A DNA stretch of 64,000 nt from Lama guanicoe. Its lineage: Eukaryota. The stretch covers positions 22,940,795 through 23,004,794 of the forward strand of contig MU054187.1 in NCBI GenBank assembly GCA_013239625.1, given 5' to 3'. Positions 40,657-53,935 of this stretch are shown here, piece after piece (the first letter of the stretch is position 1; each line of letters begins with the position of its first letter). Under the pieces are notes generated by a model, which was given only the letters and a program-made list of their open reading frames with translations, did not search any database and was not told the DNA's origin. A program made the position numbers and the translations under genes.

Positions 40657-43084
40657 TGTTTTGAATTTATCTTGTCTTAAAGGCATTCTATATATCAATA
40701 AATGTTATTTATATTTACTAATCTTCTTTATCAACTTCTATGCATATCTTCTCTTTGGATTCAATATTATTCTAGCTTAAATTCATCTTTTAGTAATTTG
40801 TTTCACATGATGCCTAAAATTATCATGTGTTCCATCCTCACTCTGTATTGTTATTTTAAGTAAATATACAATTCTAGTTTGAAAGTTACTTTTCCTGAGC
40901 ATTTTGAAGACAACCATAGTTATAGAACAGAATGGAAATGTTATAAACATTAATAATTTTTAAATTAATTCAACTAAAATAAGTGAGTGTATAGAGTATT
41001 GAAAATTGAATAGTTTCTTAAAAATATTAAGGAATCTCATGAGATCAATTAATGAAAGAAAGCCTTAAGAATGTTAAAGTCATGGAGGATTTGTGCATTC
41101 ATAATTTATTAGGTAACTCAGATGAAGTCTTATACTTAAAAAACAATTAGAAAATCTGGAAAAAATACATAGGAAATATCTGCTTGGAATTACCAATAGC
41201 TAATAAGATGATGAAGAAGGATTTGGAGGAGAGAGTTTAATGAAGTACACCAAATTTTGAGCAGTGATATAAAATATAAATATGTATCTAGACGTGTGTG
41301 CTCCTTCAGTTAAGACTCATCTCTTCTCTCAATTCTGAAAATTTGCAGCCATTGTCACTTATGTGTCACCTCACTCCCATTCTCTTTGGTTTCTTCTAAA
41401 AATCCTAGTACATATACGGTGAATGATCTCCATTCATCTTCAATATCTTTTAAACCTCCCACTTATTTCCATTCCTTCTATATTTTATATATTTTACTCT
41501 GAATGATTTTCTCATATTTTGTCCATGTCATGAATTCTTTCTTTAGTTTTAATCTGCTAATTAGTGTGTTCATTGTGTTTTTCTATCAATAACTTTATTT
41601 TTTACTTACAGAAGTTTAATTAATTTTTTTCTTCTACAGACTGTCTCTTTTTGCTTCCATAATGTTATGCTCTGGTTTTATGGTCTAAATATATTAAATT
41701 TGTACTTCTTTTAGGGTGTTCAGTCTTTTTTCTAGTTGACTTTCCCTCATAGGGGTTTGCTTACTTGTGTGGTTTGCAACTTCTTATTGTGATTTTGTTA
41801 TCAGCAGGGATTGTCTTCTGTGGAAGTTCCTTTTCTCCTAAATTCATACATAAAGTTTTAAATTTGAACTTTCCTGGATCCTAGTTTTTTGTTTTGTTTT
41901 GTTTTGTTTTCAGTTGTGTACCAGGCTTTCCATTAGCTTTAGGTCCTGCACTATGTGTGAATGTACACTCTGCACCCACACAAGTTGTAGACCTAGAATC
42001 CTGACTTTATGACAAGTCTACCCAGTTCCACAGTAGATTAGTGGGTGGGGTTTTGTTGTCTCCATTTCACGTGAGGGGCGACCCTCCAAGGTCCTAGGCT
42101 TTTGGCAAAAGGGCTCAATTCCTGTTCTTCACCTTGTATGGACTTGAGTCACATCTTCTTTTCCCATATGCATAAGAAGACCCAGAACTCAACCTCCTCA
42201 GGCCTTCATCCTCGTTTGATATCCCTGTGGACCACTTTGACTTCAGCAATAACTGTTTAAATTCTCTATTTGTTTCTGAACTTCCAGATTCACTCTCAGC
42301 TATATGGTCAACCAAAAAGAAAACTATTCAGTCTTTCTATGGATTTGAAGTGGAAGATGGAGGTCATCCCATATTGTCATTAGATGGCCGTAGTGACCTG
42401 ATGTTTCTGAGCTTCTCAATCTTATATATATTTCTAAACTTTTTTTGTTGTTGTTGTTGTTACATTTCCTCTAGTTTTTCCAGGCAAACATGAATATAGA
42501 TCTTCTATGTCAGTATACACATTCTCACTACATCCTAATAAACTTAGAATATGTAGTCTAGTGGTACTATTTTTGCCTTGCTTAATATTTACTTGTAATA
42601 TAATAAACTAGGAGACCCTATGTGAATACATACATATGCCAGTGATTTTTACATTAACACTATACTGAGTTTCATTATTACTAATATCATATGAGTATCA
42701 TAAAATACACAGAAGACAGACCATGGATATAAGTGCACCATTATCCTCATTTCTTCAACAAATATTTATAGAATGGCTACTCTGTATCAAGCATTATTTC
42801 ACATCTTAGAATGAATCAGTCAATAAAACAGAAGATCTACTCTTATAACTTATTTTCTTCATGCTAGTGAAAAAAATTTTTTTTCTTGCTTTGGAAAAGT
42901 GACATTTGGGAGAAGTACGACATCCATGCAAGACTGCTCAGATCCCTGAGCAGTCTTTCAAAGACCTGGAGTAGAACCTACAATTCTGCCTTTTGCAGAC
43001 TCTCCTAGATTGACTATCACTGGTATTTTTATGTTAATGACATGAATGACAATGACATGTAAGATGCCTTTGGTGCTTTTACAG

Positions 43085-43222
43085 CTTGGACAATGGAGTA
43101 CCTTTGGAACCCTGGAAGTTACAGCTAAGATTGAATCAGAAACAAAGGCATACTCAGTGGTGACAGAGGAAGATTGTGAAATTCTTAAAATCCCTGCAAA
43201 GAATTGTGCAAAGTTAAAATCG
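43085..43222 (+). CDS. CNBD1: CNBD1 internal coding exon, 138 bp
   Basis: Acceptor gcttttacAG at 43083-43084; donor TCG|GTATGA at 43223; phase 0-0. Encodes LGQWSTFGTLEVTAKIESETKAYSVVTEEDCEILKIPAKNCAKLKS. Confidence 0.93.
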
Positions 43223-44395
43223 GTATGACCATATTTAATTTATATACTAACACAGTATGGATGTAAATTAACACAGTTTTGCCTCTGTAGAAAGATGTCC
43301 ATATCACTTTTATGCTTTAATTTGGCTTGAACTGGAGACCATCAATATATGGTTTATTTGATGAACATCATTTAAGCTTCTCATGAGTAGTTGAAGTGGA
43401 GAGAAAAGTCTCTGTGAATATAATTTATTAAATGTTTGAGTGCTTTGGTTTTTCATGAATTTAAGATTCACTCAATCATTTATTTGTTCATTCAACAAAT
43501 ACATGTTTTGGTTGTCAGCAATATATCATGTGTTAGGGATACCGAACAATCAGAGAGGCAGATCTCTAGCCTCTACAGTCTACCTTTGGGAAAAAAATAC
43601 TTGGTAGTTATTGGCATACTGTTAAATTGTTATAATACACATCAAAAGCCTGAATAGGTGAGCACAGCTTAATTCTGATCCCCTAATTCTGCTGCATTAG
43701 GACAATTTATTTTCTTCAAGCCTAACAATTTATTCTCTTTCTTCAAATACAAAAATTCTCCTCTCCCCTGTTTCTCCTCCTCTGGATGGCACAGGAAGTT
43801 TTGGGTGGCCCCATAGTCATGCTATATGCAAGCTCCTTGTCACAGGGTTTAACCCTGGTTCAGGTACCACAGGGCACTAGCGTCAGTCACAGGGAAGTGC
43901 TCATGTTGGAGGGAAATGAGACATTGGTCTTCCTTACTGAGATCTCTGATAGTTCGAGCTTTGTTGGATACAGTGGTCTTAGGGTTAGTGATACAGAAGA
44001 CTTTTCCAGCATTCAGCTTCCTTCCAAATTCCTGGTTTCAGAGTGGCTGGCTAAAAAATAATGTTTTGTATGTTTGTTTTTACTTTCAAAATGTCCATAT
44101 CACTTATTTGATATTATTAAACACAACTTTGAATGTAGGCTTGAATATGATAGGGTATTTAAAAAATGCTAAAACATTTATGGAAGTCTAAAAACATTTT
44201 GAAAGGGGAGAAAATATTTTAGTAGCAGATCTGAAGATTAAAATTTCAGTATGATTATATGGTCATGCTCCTATAAAATTCAAGGGCATCGTATAGTAAC
44301 GTACATTCATATAACCTTTATTTTGCTTTTACCTTCTCTCTTCTCTTTTTAAAAACTATTTTATGTAAAAATTTTGATAATGAGTTTTTTTTCAG

Positions 44396-44528
44396 GAAAA
44401 AACAAAACTGGAAAATAAACGTAGGGTGAAATTAATTCTTAAGTGTCCATATTACAAGGAGTGGCCAACTTTATCCATCTATGAGCTAGTTGCACTCATT
44501 AAATGGAAAACATTTCCTCCAGGTCATG
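44396..44528 (+). CDS. CNBD1: CNBD1 internal coding exon, 133 bp (not in the ORF track)
   Basis: Acceptor ttttttttcAG at 44394-44395; donor G|GTGAGT at 44529. Encodes EKTKLENKRRVKLILKCPYYKEWPTLSIYELVALIKWKTFPPGH, matching recalled human CPYYEEWPTLSIYELIALLKWKKFPPGH. The four exons total 611 nt = 1 + 203 codons + 1, with no stop codon. Confidence 0.93.
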
Positions 44529-44689
44529 GTGAGTTTAACGCAATTTTGGATACTTTTCTTTACATTACATTATTGGAATTTATAATTTTTCAGTTTTAAT
44601 ATTTTATATACTATTTCTTTATGAGTGCTTCTCTAAAACATTCAACCTTACCTTTGAATTGGACATTTAGATTATTTCTATATATCTAC

Positions 44690-45995
44690 TGTAGGAACCT
44701 GGTAGAGATCCAGGAGGTAAAACTCATAAAAGTATGGGGATTTCCTGATGTCTGGGTCCCTTTGGAATTTTTAATCCTCAGATTTGTCCACAGTGAACCT
44801 TCAGCAATTTGTCAGTTACAGGTTTTTTTTTTCCTACTTCAATCCTGGTTTCTATGGAAGTTTCTGCTTTAGTAAGTTGTGATTCTCTGTATTTACCTGT
44901 CAGTTCCTCCAATTTTGTGGGCAGCAATTTGACCTGTAACCTCATTTCTATTATGAAAAAATTCTTGGTTTTTCAGCTTTCTACTTGTCATAATGTAGTG
45001 GTGACCTCCAAGCTCCTTACTGTTGGAGCAGAAAAACTAATTTTTTACTATATTTGTTATTTTTCTAATACGTGCTCTAGGGCTAACCATATACACCTAA
45101 ATTTATGAGAATCTACATCAAATTTTTATTAACTTATTTCCAGTTAGATATAGAAATGCTACCATGCATACCTCTATTTCCTTTTGCCCCTTTGTGTGTT
45201 ATTAATTGTTATACATATTGATTTATATGTTACAAACCCAACAATAAGTTATCATTATTATTTTAATAGTTTTATGTCTTTTAAAAAAAACATGAGAAAA
45301 AGAGTGAATAAGTGTATATTTATAGTATTTGCTACATTAAGTACCTTATTTACCATTTCAAGTTATCTTCATTTATTCCTATAAATTCGAGTTACCATCT
45401 GATATCCTTTCCTTAGTCCAGTATAAGTTTGCTCCCATCTGCCTCCTTGTGCTGTTATCGGCAAGTATACTACATTTTTATACCATAGACTCAAATCAGA
45501 ATTATAAGCTTATTATTTCACACAATCATTCTCTGAAGACAAGTAAGAGAAGGATAAGAAATATACATTTCTGTCACCTTCTATAATTACATATTTACCT
45601 TTAGGGTTACTTTCTGATTTTTCAAGCAGATCTGAATTATTGTTTGGTGTTATTTCCTTTCAGCCTGAGAAACTTCCTTTAGTTATTTCTTTTAATGAGT
45701 AAGTGCTAGCGACGATAATCTCAGGTTTTGTTTAACTGGGAGTGCTTTTATTTGTTTTTGAAAAAATATTTTTGGATTCTTCGTTGACAATGTTTATTTT
45801 TTTCTTTTTTTATTTTTTGGGCACACTTTGAATATATTATCCCATTGTCTTCTGGCTTCAAATAGTTTCCAAAGAGAAGTTAGCTGTTAACCTTATGGTT
45901 CACGTATAAGTGATGAGTCATTTTTCTTCTGCTGCCTTCAAGTTATTTTCTTTTTCTCTGTCTTTTAGCATTTGTACTGTGATGTGTCTGTGTGC
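44690..45995 (-). mobile_element. Old L1MC/L1MD-like fragment
   Basis: Antisense L1 ORF1/inter-ORF motifs (cactttgaatatattatcccattgtcttctggct...gagaagttagctgtt...ctgctgccttcaag). Confidence 0.65.
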
Positions 45996-46179
45996 TTCTT
46001 CCATCTTACCCAGCACCAGAATTCTCTGTCACCACTTTAACTTTTATTTTTCCCTCTCCTCTGCTCCCACTCTCTTTTCCCTCAGTTATGCTCTATCCTA
46101 GACCCTCAGCTGTACTAACTGGCAATAAAGTGAAGTTTATTTTATCATTCACCTCCTTCCCAATATTTTTTCTCCTATT

Positions 46180-46930
46180 GTCATTAGGTTAAAGTTCAAA
46201 ATCCTTAATATTGTTTAAAAGCCTGGTTGCATCTGGGCCATGCCTATGTCTCCAAGTTCTACATCGACTCATTCTTCTCCCTTCTGCTCATGTTTCAGAC
46301 ATTCTGGACTTCCATTAGTTCTAGTGGTACCCTTCCACGTCTAGGAGTTTGCACGTGCTGTTCCCACTTCCTGGAGAAGTCCCTTAACTTTCACCTCACT
46401 AAATTTATTTATTGTTTAGATAATTTTTCCAGATCAATTTAGGTTCTACTTCTGTCTCTTTGCTTCCAGAAATCTCTGTATACCCCATACCTGAGGGTTC
46501 AGCAGACTTTTTCTGTAAAAGACGATGTAGTAAATATAGGTTTTGCAGGTCATGTACAGTGTCTGTTGCTTCTGCTTCTTCTTTTTTACCATCTCCCTCT
46601 TCTTCTCCTTTATTTTTACTCCCCCTCCTCCTTTTCCTTCCTCGTTTCTCCTCCTCCTTCCCTTAAAAATGTAAAATATATTCCTAGCTGGAGATCAGTA
46701 AAAAAATAGACCTCAGGCCAGAGTTAGCCCATGCGCCAGCATTTACTAACCCCCTGTCTTATCTCAACACTCATCACGCTATGTTACAGTTAATAACTTA
46801 AGAATCAGTTTTCCCAGTAGACTTAAAATTCCTCTGGAACATGTTCACCTTATTTTTCAGTACCCAAAAGAGTGCTTAAAATTTGTAGGTCCTTGAAATA
46901 TATGTTGAATAAAAAAAATGAATGGATGTT
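46180..46930 (+). mobile_element. L2 3' fragment interrupted by a MER58-like element (46492-46756)
   Basis: L2 motifs (tttgcacgtgctgttccc; gttgaataaaaaaaatgaatgga); MER58-like gagggttcagcagactttttctgtaaa...actaaccccctg. Confidence 0.6.
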
Positions 46931-47442
46931 TTGGTGTTGGTGTGTCTTTAGACCAAAGTTATGGTATATTTCTCCCAGAAGTAAATAATGTAACCTGTGC
47001 TGCTCAGTACAGATGGGTTGTGTTAATACGTAGCATATATTTTCTTTATTTGACAGAAATGGTATTCACTGATTGCATCTTAATATACTTAAACACACTT
47101 TTGTTGTTAAATTTTGATTGAAACATAATTAGTTGCTTTACCATCTTTGAGTAGAAACTTGAGGAAATTGTATCCTTGTGGTCAGTCAACCATTAAGAAT
47201 GCTGTGAGGCACAGTGTTTTTAACTCATAATCCAGGTAAAATGAAGGCTAGTTGGAACTTGATATACTGTTAAAGACGAAGATTAGGATGATATTAAAAA
47301 TAACACTAGTTAAAAGGCAGTTTGAAAGTCTGTTCTCTTCAAGAAATCACCAGGAGGAAAAAATTTTGAATCTATCAACTAATCATTTTTATTTTTAGCC
47401 ATTTTGTTTAACTTAAACTATACATGTAATTGTACAGCTCTT

Positions 47443-47796
47443 GAGAGAAATTTATCTTGGATTATCCAGGTGGGCCCTATGTGCCAGCAGATGCATCCTT
47501 ATAAGAAGGATGCAAAGGGAGATTTGATAGAGACAACAACAGAGGAGAAGGTGATGTGAATAGATTGGAGTGATGCTCTCAGAAGGCGGGTTTGCCAAGC
47601 CATGCCAGCAACGACCAGAAGCTGAGAAAGGGAAGGAATGGGTTCTCCCCAGAGGGGACCTCCAGAGGGAGCACAGCCCTGTTGAAACCTTGTTTTCAGA
47701 CATCTGGCCTCCAGAACTGCCAGTGAATATGTTGCTATAGTTTTAAGTCACCTAGTTTATGACAGTTTGTTACAGCAGCCACAGGAAACGAATACA
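47443..47796 (+). mobile_element. MLT1 (MaLR) LTR, MLT1C-like, 5'-partial
   Basis: ggattatccaggtgggccct...ccagaagctg...ctggcctccagaactg...ttgttacagcagccacaggaaacgaataca. Confidence 0.85.
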
Positions 47797-49306
47797 GCGA
47801 TACACTATAAAACCATTGATTTTGTTCTCAAGTGATTTTGCAATTTGTCAAAGGTATATTAATATCCAAAGAATGCATCCAAACAAGCTTTGTAGGAAGG
47901 ATGCAGTCTAATTTTTTTCTCAAAATTAATGGAATTATAGTAAGATAAAGATGAACAACATCTTAAACAATTAGGTAAAATAAAAGACAATTACTGCTGA
48001 TGGAAATAATTATCTGGCTGCTAGATAGTAATCAAAATAAATTAAGCATTTATTTAATTAATTCAAATCCTTGGGAATAGATAGGATACCATTAAATATC
48101 TTTTAATAGGAGAACATTCATTAATTCAGATTCCCCAAAGGACACCTCACGAGCAAGCCAGGCAATGCTGAAGCCCTCTGTGGAGCACTTTTTTCCCTAC
48201 CTCTTTCTACTTCCTCCATATGACCATCGCCTCTTTCATTTTGTCATTGCAAAAATTATACTCTTTCTTGTGAATGCAATTAATTTTTGGCATTCTATCT
48301 TCTAACATTTAGAGGTAAATTTGCATTTTCTTCCATGTAAAAAATAAGACAACCCAACTGCATTTTCTCACATTTTAAGCAAACCAAACAGATGAATATA
48401 ATTTTTATTTTCTCTAAGCAACAAACATGTGGGCAGTTAAATCTATAGACATACTGAGTTACAAATGCCATTCACTTTCATCAAAATTATCTCTCAAAAT
48501 TTCAGAGCAGAAGTTCTTTAAACACTAACTCTTGTACTGCAATACAAATATTATTTATAACCAGACTGTTAACAAGGATTATTGTTTCTTGATAGTACTG
48601 ATTGCTTTCTTCTAAGTTTCTGTATGTCAAAGATATTATATAATAACTATTTTTTATAAATAAATAAATATAATTATAATTGGTTTTCTAAAAACCCAAA
48701 GCAACCTATTGAATGAAAAGCCAGCTCTATTGAAAGTTGTGATGCCACATCCAATTTTGCACCTTTAGAAGTTCATTAACATAAGTCCTTACCAGTTTTC
48801 ATCATATTTGAAGATACATGCTTTTTGGAATGTCTTCTGCTTGGAAATTTCTTTCACATTTGGAGAGATAAGATGAACAAAGACAGACACCAGAAAAATG
48901 GAAGTAGTTCGATATATACCGTGTTATAGATTTTAAGTGGGGAAGAGAAATGAAAGTAGAAAAGAGATTATTTTATTTACTTCCAAATTCTATGGCCCAG
49001 CTCACTACTATATGAAAGCTAACCAGAATTCTACTACAAGTCTGTCCAGCAGAAGAACATGCATTAGACCAAAGGGTTTCTGTTGGATATGGTGAGATCC
49101 TGAGTATGTCTAAAAAGATGAAATAAAGAAGTAGAAATTGGAAGCAGTGTCTGTGTATTGGCCAGTGATGACTGAATTCTTTTCCACTGTATTCCTGATG
49201 TCTATATGAAGAGCAATAAGATTTAAGAACCACAAAACTGAGCATATAATTCATAAAGGATTATAATGTAACTATATATAATTTTGAAGAAGTATAAATT
49301 TTAGAA

Positions 49307-50434
49307 CAATGCTTTCTAATAGAAAGACAATAGAAGGCATGTAAAAATTTAAATTTTCTTATAGCTACATTTAAAAAAGTAAAAAGAAACAAATGAAATT
49401 TAATATACAGTGGTCCCTTCTTATCCATGAGGGATACATTCCAAGGTCTACAGACCAAACCTTATCTATACTGTGCTTTTTCTTATACATACATACCTAT
49501 TATAAAGTTTAACATCAATTACTTACAGTAAGAAATTAATAATAACCAATAATAACATAATTACAATAATATACTATAATAAAAGTTACATGAGTGTGAC
49601 CTTTCGCCCTCAAAATATCTTACTGTACAAATTTAACTTGTTTTCTATCTTTACTAAGCACATATCAAGCACTGTGGCTGTAACTTTTGCAGTTTGAGGT
49701 GTGACAGCAAAACTAGCACAAATTTCTTTTTCCTTCTCCACAGTTTCATAGGTGAAGATTCATTCTTACCATAGATCTTAGCAACCTCAGCATATTATTT
49801 TGTTTCGTTCCTTATTAATTCAAGAACTTTCACCCATTCACTTAAAGGAAGCACTTATAGCTTCTCTTTGGTGTATCCGAATTGTTAACATCACCACTCT
49901 TGCACTTTGGGGCCATTATTAAGTAAAACAAGGGTTACTTGAACACAAGCACTCTGATGGCACAACAGCGGATCTGATAACCAAGGTGGCTACTAAGTGA
50001 CTAATGGGCAGGTTATGTGAAACAAAGGAGTGAGTCATACCCTGGGCTGGACAGAGCAGGGCAGTGTGAGATTTCATCACTACTGTTCTGAGTGTTCACA
50101 TCACTCAGAACAAAATGCAATTTAAAACTTAGGAATTGATTATTTCTGTAATTTTCCATTTAATATTTTTAGACCATAGTTGACCACAAGTCACTGAAAC
50201 CATGGAGAGCAAAACCATGAATACTGCATTTTAAACTCAATATATCTAATTTCAGTAGGCAGTCAACATAAAATTATTAGCTATGTTGCATCACTTTATT
50301 TGTAATAAATGTTCATCTTAAATCTTCAACATCCATCATGCATTTTGTACTTCCAGCGTATCTCTGTTTGACGTAGCTGCAATCCAGTTCTCAGCAGGTG
50401 CACATGACTAGTGGCTCCCTATTGGACAGCACAG
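49307..50434. mobile_element. MER33 (hAT-Charlie) split by MER44
   Basis: Ends CAATGCTTTCTAATAGAAA and ATTGGACAGCACAG; 8-bp TSD TTTTAGAA (49299-49306) / ATTTAGAA (50435-50442). Confidence 0.8.
49408..50226. mobile_element. MER44 (Tigger7 derivative)
   Basis: TA|CAGTGGTCCCTTCTTATCCATGAGGGATACATTCCAAG start; aaaacttaggaattgattatttct...ttgaccaca...ctgaaaccatgg end. Confidence 0.85.
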
Positions 50435-50709
50435 ATTTAGAACATGCAATACTTTCCCTGATATTGCAAAACATAAAAAAAGAGGCAAAAATATTGGTGT
50501 CACAGCTTTACAGAACTGCATTTTTAAAACTACTGACAGTAAAAATAAACTATATGGCTTCTTTTTTGAAGATCTTATAAATCATTATAATGACTATCTC
50601 CTAAAAAGTGACTATAACTAAGAACATAAACCATGTTTAAGTTTGTTTTCCTTACTCTGACATTTGGATGTCCTAAATTCTTTCTCTGGAATCACACCTT
50701 ACAGATGAA

Positions 50710-50782
50710 TGAGAGAGAGGGAGAGAGAGAGAGAGAGAGAGAGTCTGTGTGTGTGCGTGTGCGTGCGCACGCGCATGTGTGT
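50710..50782. repeat. Compound (GA)n(GT/GC)n microsatellite
   Basis: Directly visible. Confidence 0.9.
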
Positions 50783-52609
50783 GGAGAAGCTAAGAATATC
50801 TCAGGAAAATGAAAACAGATTTACATGTAATACTTGTATTTCATTTTAAAATGGACTATATTATACTAATAAACAGATCTATTGAGATTCCACAAAACTT
50901 TATCTCTGTAGATGTTAATGGACCTGATAAAATGATATTTATAATAATTCTAAAATTATTAATGCAAAACTTGTACAAGTGAAATTGTATTCTTTATGCA
51001 TCAGGGAACTTATTACTGAAAGACATCCTATAACAATTTATTTGAGAAAAGAATATTCAAATAGCTTTATAAATCTGAATTTTACTATTGAGATTATAAC
51101 TGCATTGCTATACTTTTTGTGATAAAACTAATATGATATTCCACAAAGCTAGTATATAGACATATATATTTGCAATTAAGACCTAGCTTTCCCTTCCACA
51201 CCACCAAGAAAGCAGTATTAGCTACTTAGGTTCCTAGGACAATACACAAAACCTTATTAAATCATGTTACTCCATAGTATGATGGAGGACTTGAAAAATA
51301 TTCATTTCTTCTGAAAATGAGGATAGCCCTCACTCCACCACCACTTCCACCCTGACCGATTGAACAACATAAACGATTATTCCGTTAGTTTCAAATTTAA
51401 TTTGGTTACTTCACTCTGCTGAGACAGGGAATCCAACTGACTAAGGAAAAATGAACATTTATTGGACTCGATGTCAGCAACTTTGTAGTTACTTTTACAC
51501 ATATTATCTCATTTACTTCTCAAAACCCTTTATCAGTCAGGTATATTCATTTTATATTAATAAAGGGATACTATACTAAGGAAAACTGATATTAAGGAAA
51601 ACTAAAGCTCAAAAATTTATTTTTCCAAGGCCAGACTTTTAGTAAACATCATATTTGAAATCCAGAATGCACTAATGAGAAAATTAATCCTTTTTCTATT
51701 GTATTATGTTATTTCTCCAAAAGGTGTTCTGGTATTTGAAGAAGTCAAAGCAACTGTCTATGCGTTCAGCAGAGGTAGGCGTGTCAAGACTCCAGGCAAT
51801 GCAAAATCTGGAGTTTAATTTTTTTTTGTCATAAAGTCTCTATCAATCCACTTATTTGCCATTGTGCACTTTGGGGATTAACCTTCCTTCATCAATTTCC
51901 ATATTTACAACTCTGCATCTGCTCCCGGCCAGACTTTCCTAGTCCCCATGCTCTTCTTAGATCACACACAATTTATAGAATGTACCCTGTTTTCTCTTTC
52001 AGAAGGAAACACCAAATTGTTTGATGTTCTAAGAAATTTTATTGCTATAATAAACAGTGGGAAATAGACATATGGTTAAAAAGGTCCTCATAGCATACTA
52101 TCCCCTTCCTTTTTTCACTTAGATGTTACAGAGTAGCGTAAAGACAACTATTAAGTCTTTGGGTACACACGATCCTGAATTAGACTCAAATATTTCACCC
52201 AGAAAACCATGAACTGAGTTTAGAGTGTACATTTGGTAAAGATTATTGGGTGCCTGGCTTGTTTGAGAACAGAATGAGGACAGAAGACTCAGTCTAAATA
52301 TAAGACAGAGTGAGGAGTAGTTATGGAAATTGCATCAGACCATATGTCACCTCTGTGTAAACTAGAAACAGGCACATCTTTCTCTTGGCAGATGCAGCCC
52401 TGTACCAGGGCATGCAGCATGGTGATGGGGATAGTGAGCTGGATTTCAGCCACACCAACCCCTGTAGCCAAGTGCCAGTAGCCTTCCAGCCCTCACACCT
52501 TTTCTCCTTGTACATGTAACATCCCAGCACCATAGTCCTGGTCTTGGGTTGGCATTGCAACTAGGGCTGGAAATATGGAGAAAAAAGTGAGAAAAAAATA
52601 GTTGAAGAA

Positions 52610-53220
52610 ATAGGTGAGGGAGATTAAAAGTTACAAAATTCTGGTTGCAAAATAAATATCTTGTGTATGAAATGTACAGTGTAGAGGATATAGTGAATAA
52701 CTATGTCGTATCTTTATGTGGTGACATATCGTAACTAGACGTCATGGTGATTGTTTTGAAATGTATGGAAATATCGAATCACTATGTTGTGTAACAGGAA
52801 CTAATAATGTTGTAGGCCAATTATAACGCTAAAAGAAACAGAGAAATAAGCTAATTGAAAAAGACGTAAGATCTGTGGTTACCCGAGGTGGGGGTTGGGG
52901 GAGGGAGACCTGGATGAAGGCAATCAAAACGTACAAACTTCCAGGTATAAGAAATAAGTACTAGGGATGTGATGTACTATATGACACGTAAATATAATTA
53001 ACACTAAAAGTTGTTAAGTGTGAATCCTAAAAATCTCATTACAAGAAAAATTTTTTTGTTTCTATTTCTTTAATATTGTGTCTACATGAGATGAAGGAGG
53101 TTCACTAAACTTACTGTGATAATCACTTCATGATGTATGCAAGTCAAATCATTATGCTGTAACCTGAAACTTACACAGTGCTGTGTGTCAACTATACATC
53201 TCGATAAAACTAGAAGAAAA
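52610..53220 (+). mobile_element. L1 3' UTR fragment (L1MA9-like derivative)
   Basis: tacaaacttccagg...ataagtactagggatg...aacctgaaacttacacagtgctgtgtgtcaactata. Confidence 0.75.
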
Positions 53221-53935
53221 CAACTGGAAGTGAAACAAGTTTTCTTAGCCCCTTGGACACCTAATTTAACTAGATGAATGTTGCTATGTGGAGAACGAAT
53301 GTAAATCAGTCATCCACACATCAGCATAATTTGCAGTTTAAAAACTACAGGTGTGCATCAAAAGATCAGTATAATTATACTTTTTATGTTATAAAATATT
53401 TTAAGATATTTATGGATTAATTTTATTAATACTACTCTCAAGAATGGAAACATTTTTATAAAACATTTATTTCTGTGTGCATGAATATATACGTGACCAG
53501 ACATAAAGAATATTGTAATGAAAATGAATCATATCTCAATCAGTAAGTATGTCTAAAACCCAGAACTCTGTAGAGTCATCAGAAGTAGTACCTGTCTTCA
53601 CTGAGTTTAGAATCCACATTAAAGAACTAAAGAAATATCTACAGTTACATATTCTTCAATTGAAAGCTAGACACGTTAACTTCTAAGAGGCTAAAAATTT
53701 ACAGATGTTCTGGTATGTCAGGATCAGTGAGTGATAGTTTGACTGAAACAAAATCAGAGAATCATATAAAATAACTTATTGGTAGCTTAAGCCTTTTATT
53801 TTATTTCAAATATTTAACACATATTGTATATTTCTCATGTTTTGATGGAGGGAGAAGTCCCTTTTGAGTATGGATCCACATTAGAGATCTGTATTTTTTG
53901 TACACCCTTTGCTAAAACATATGCTCTGTACCGCA

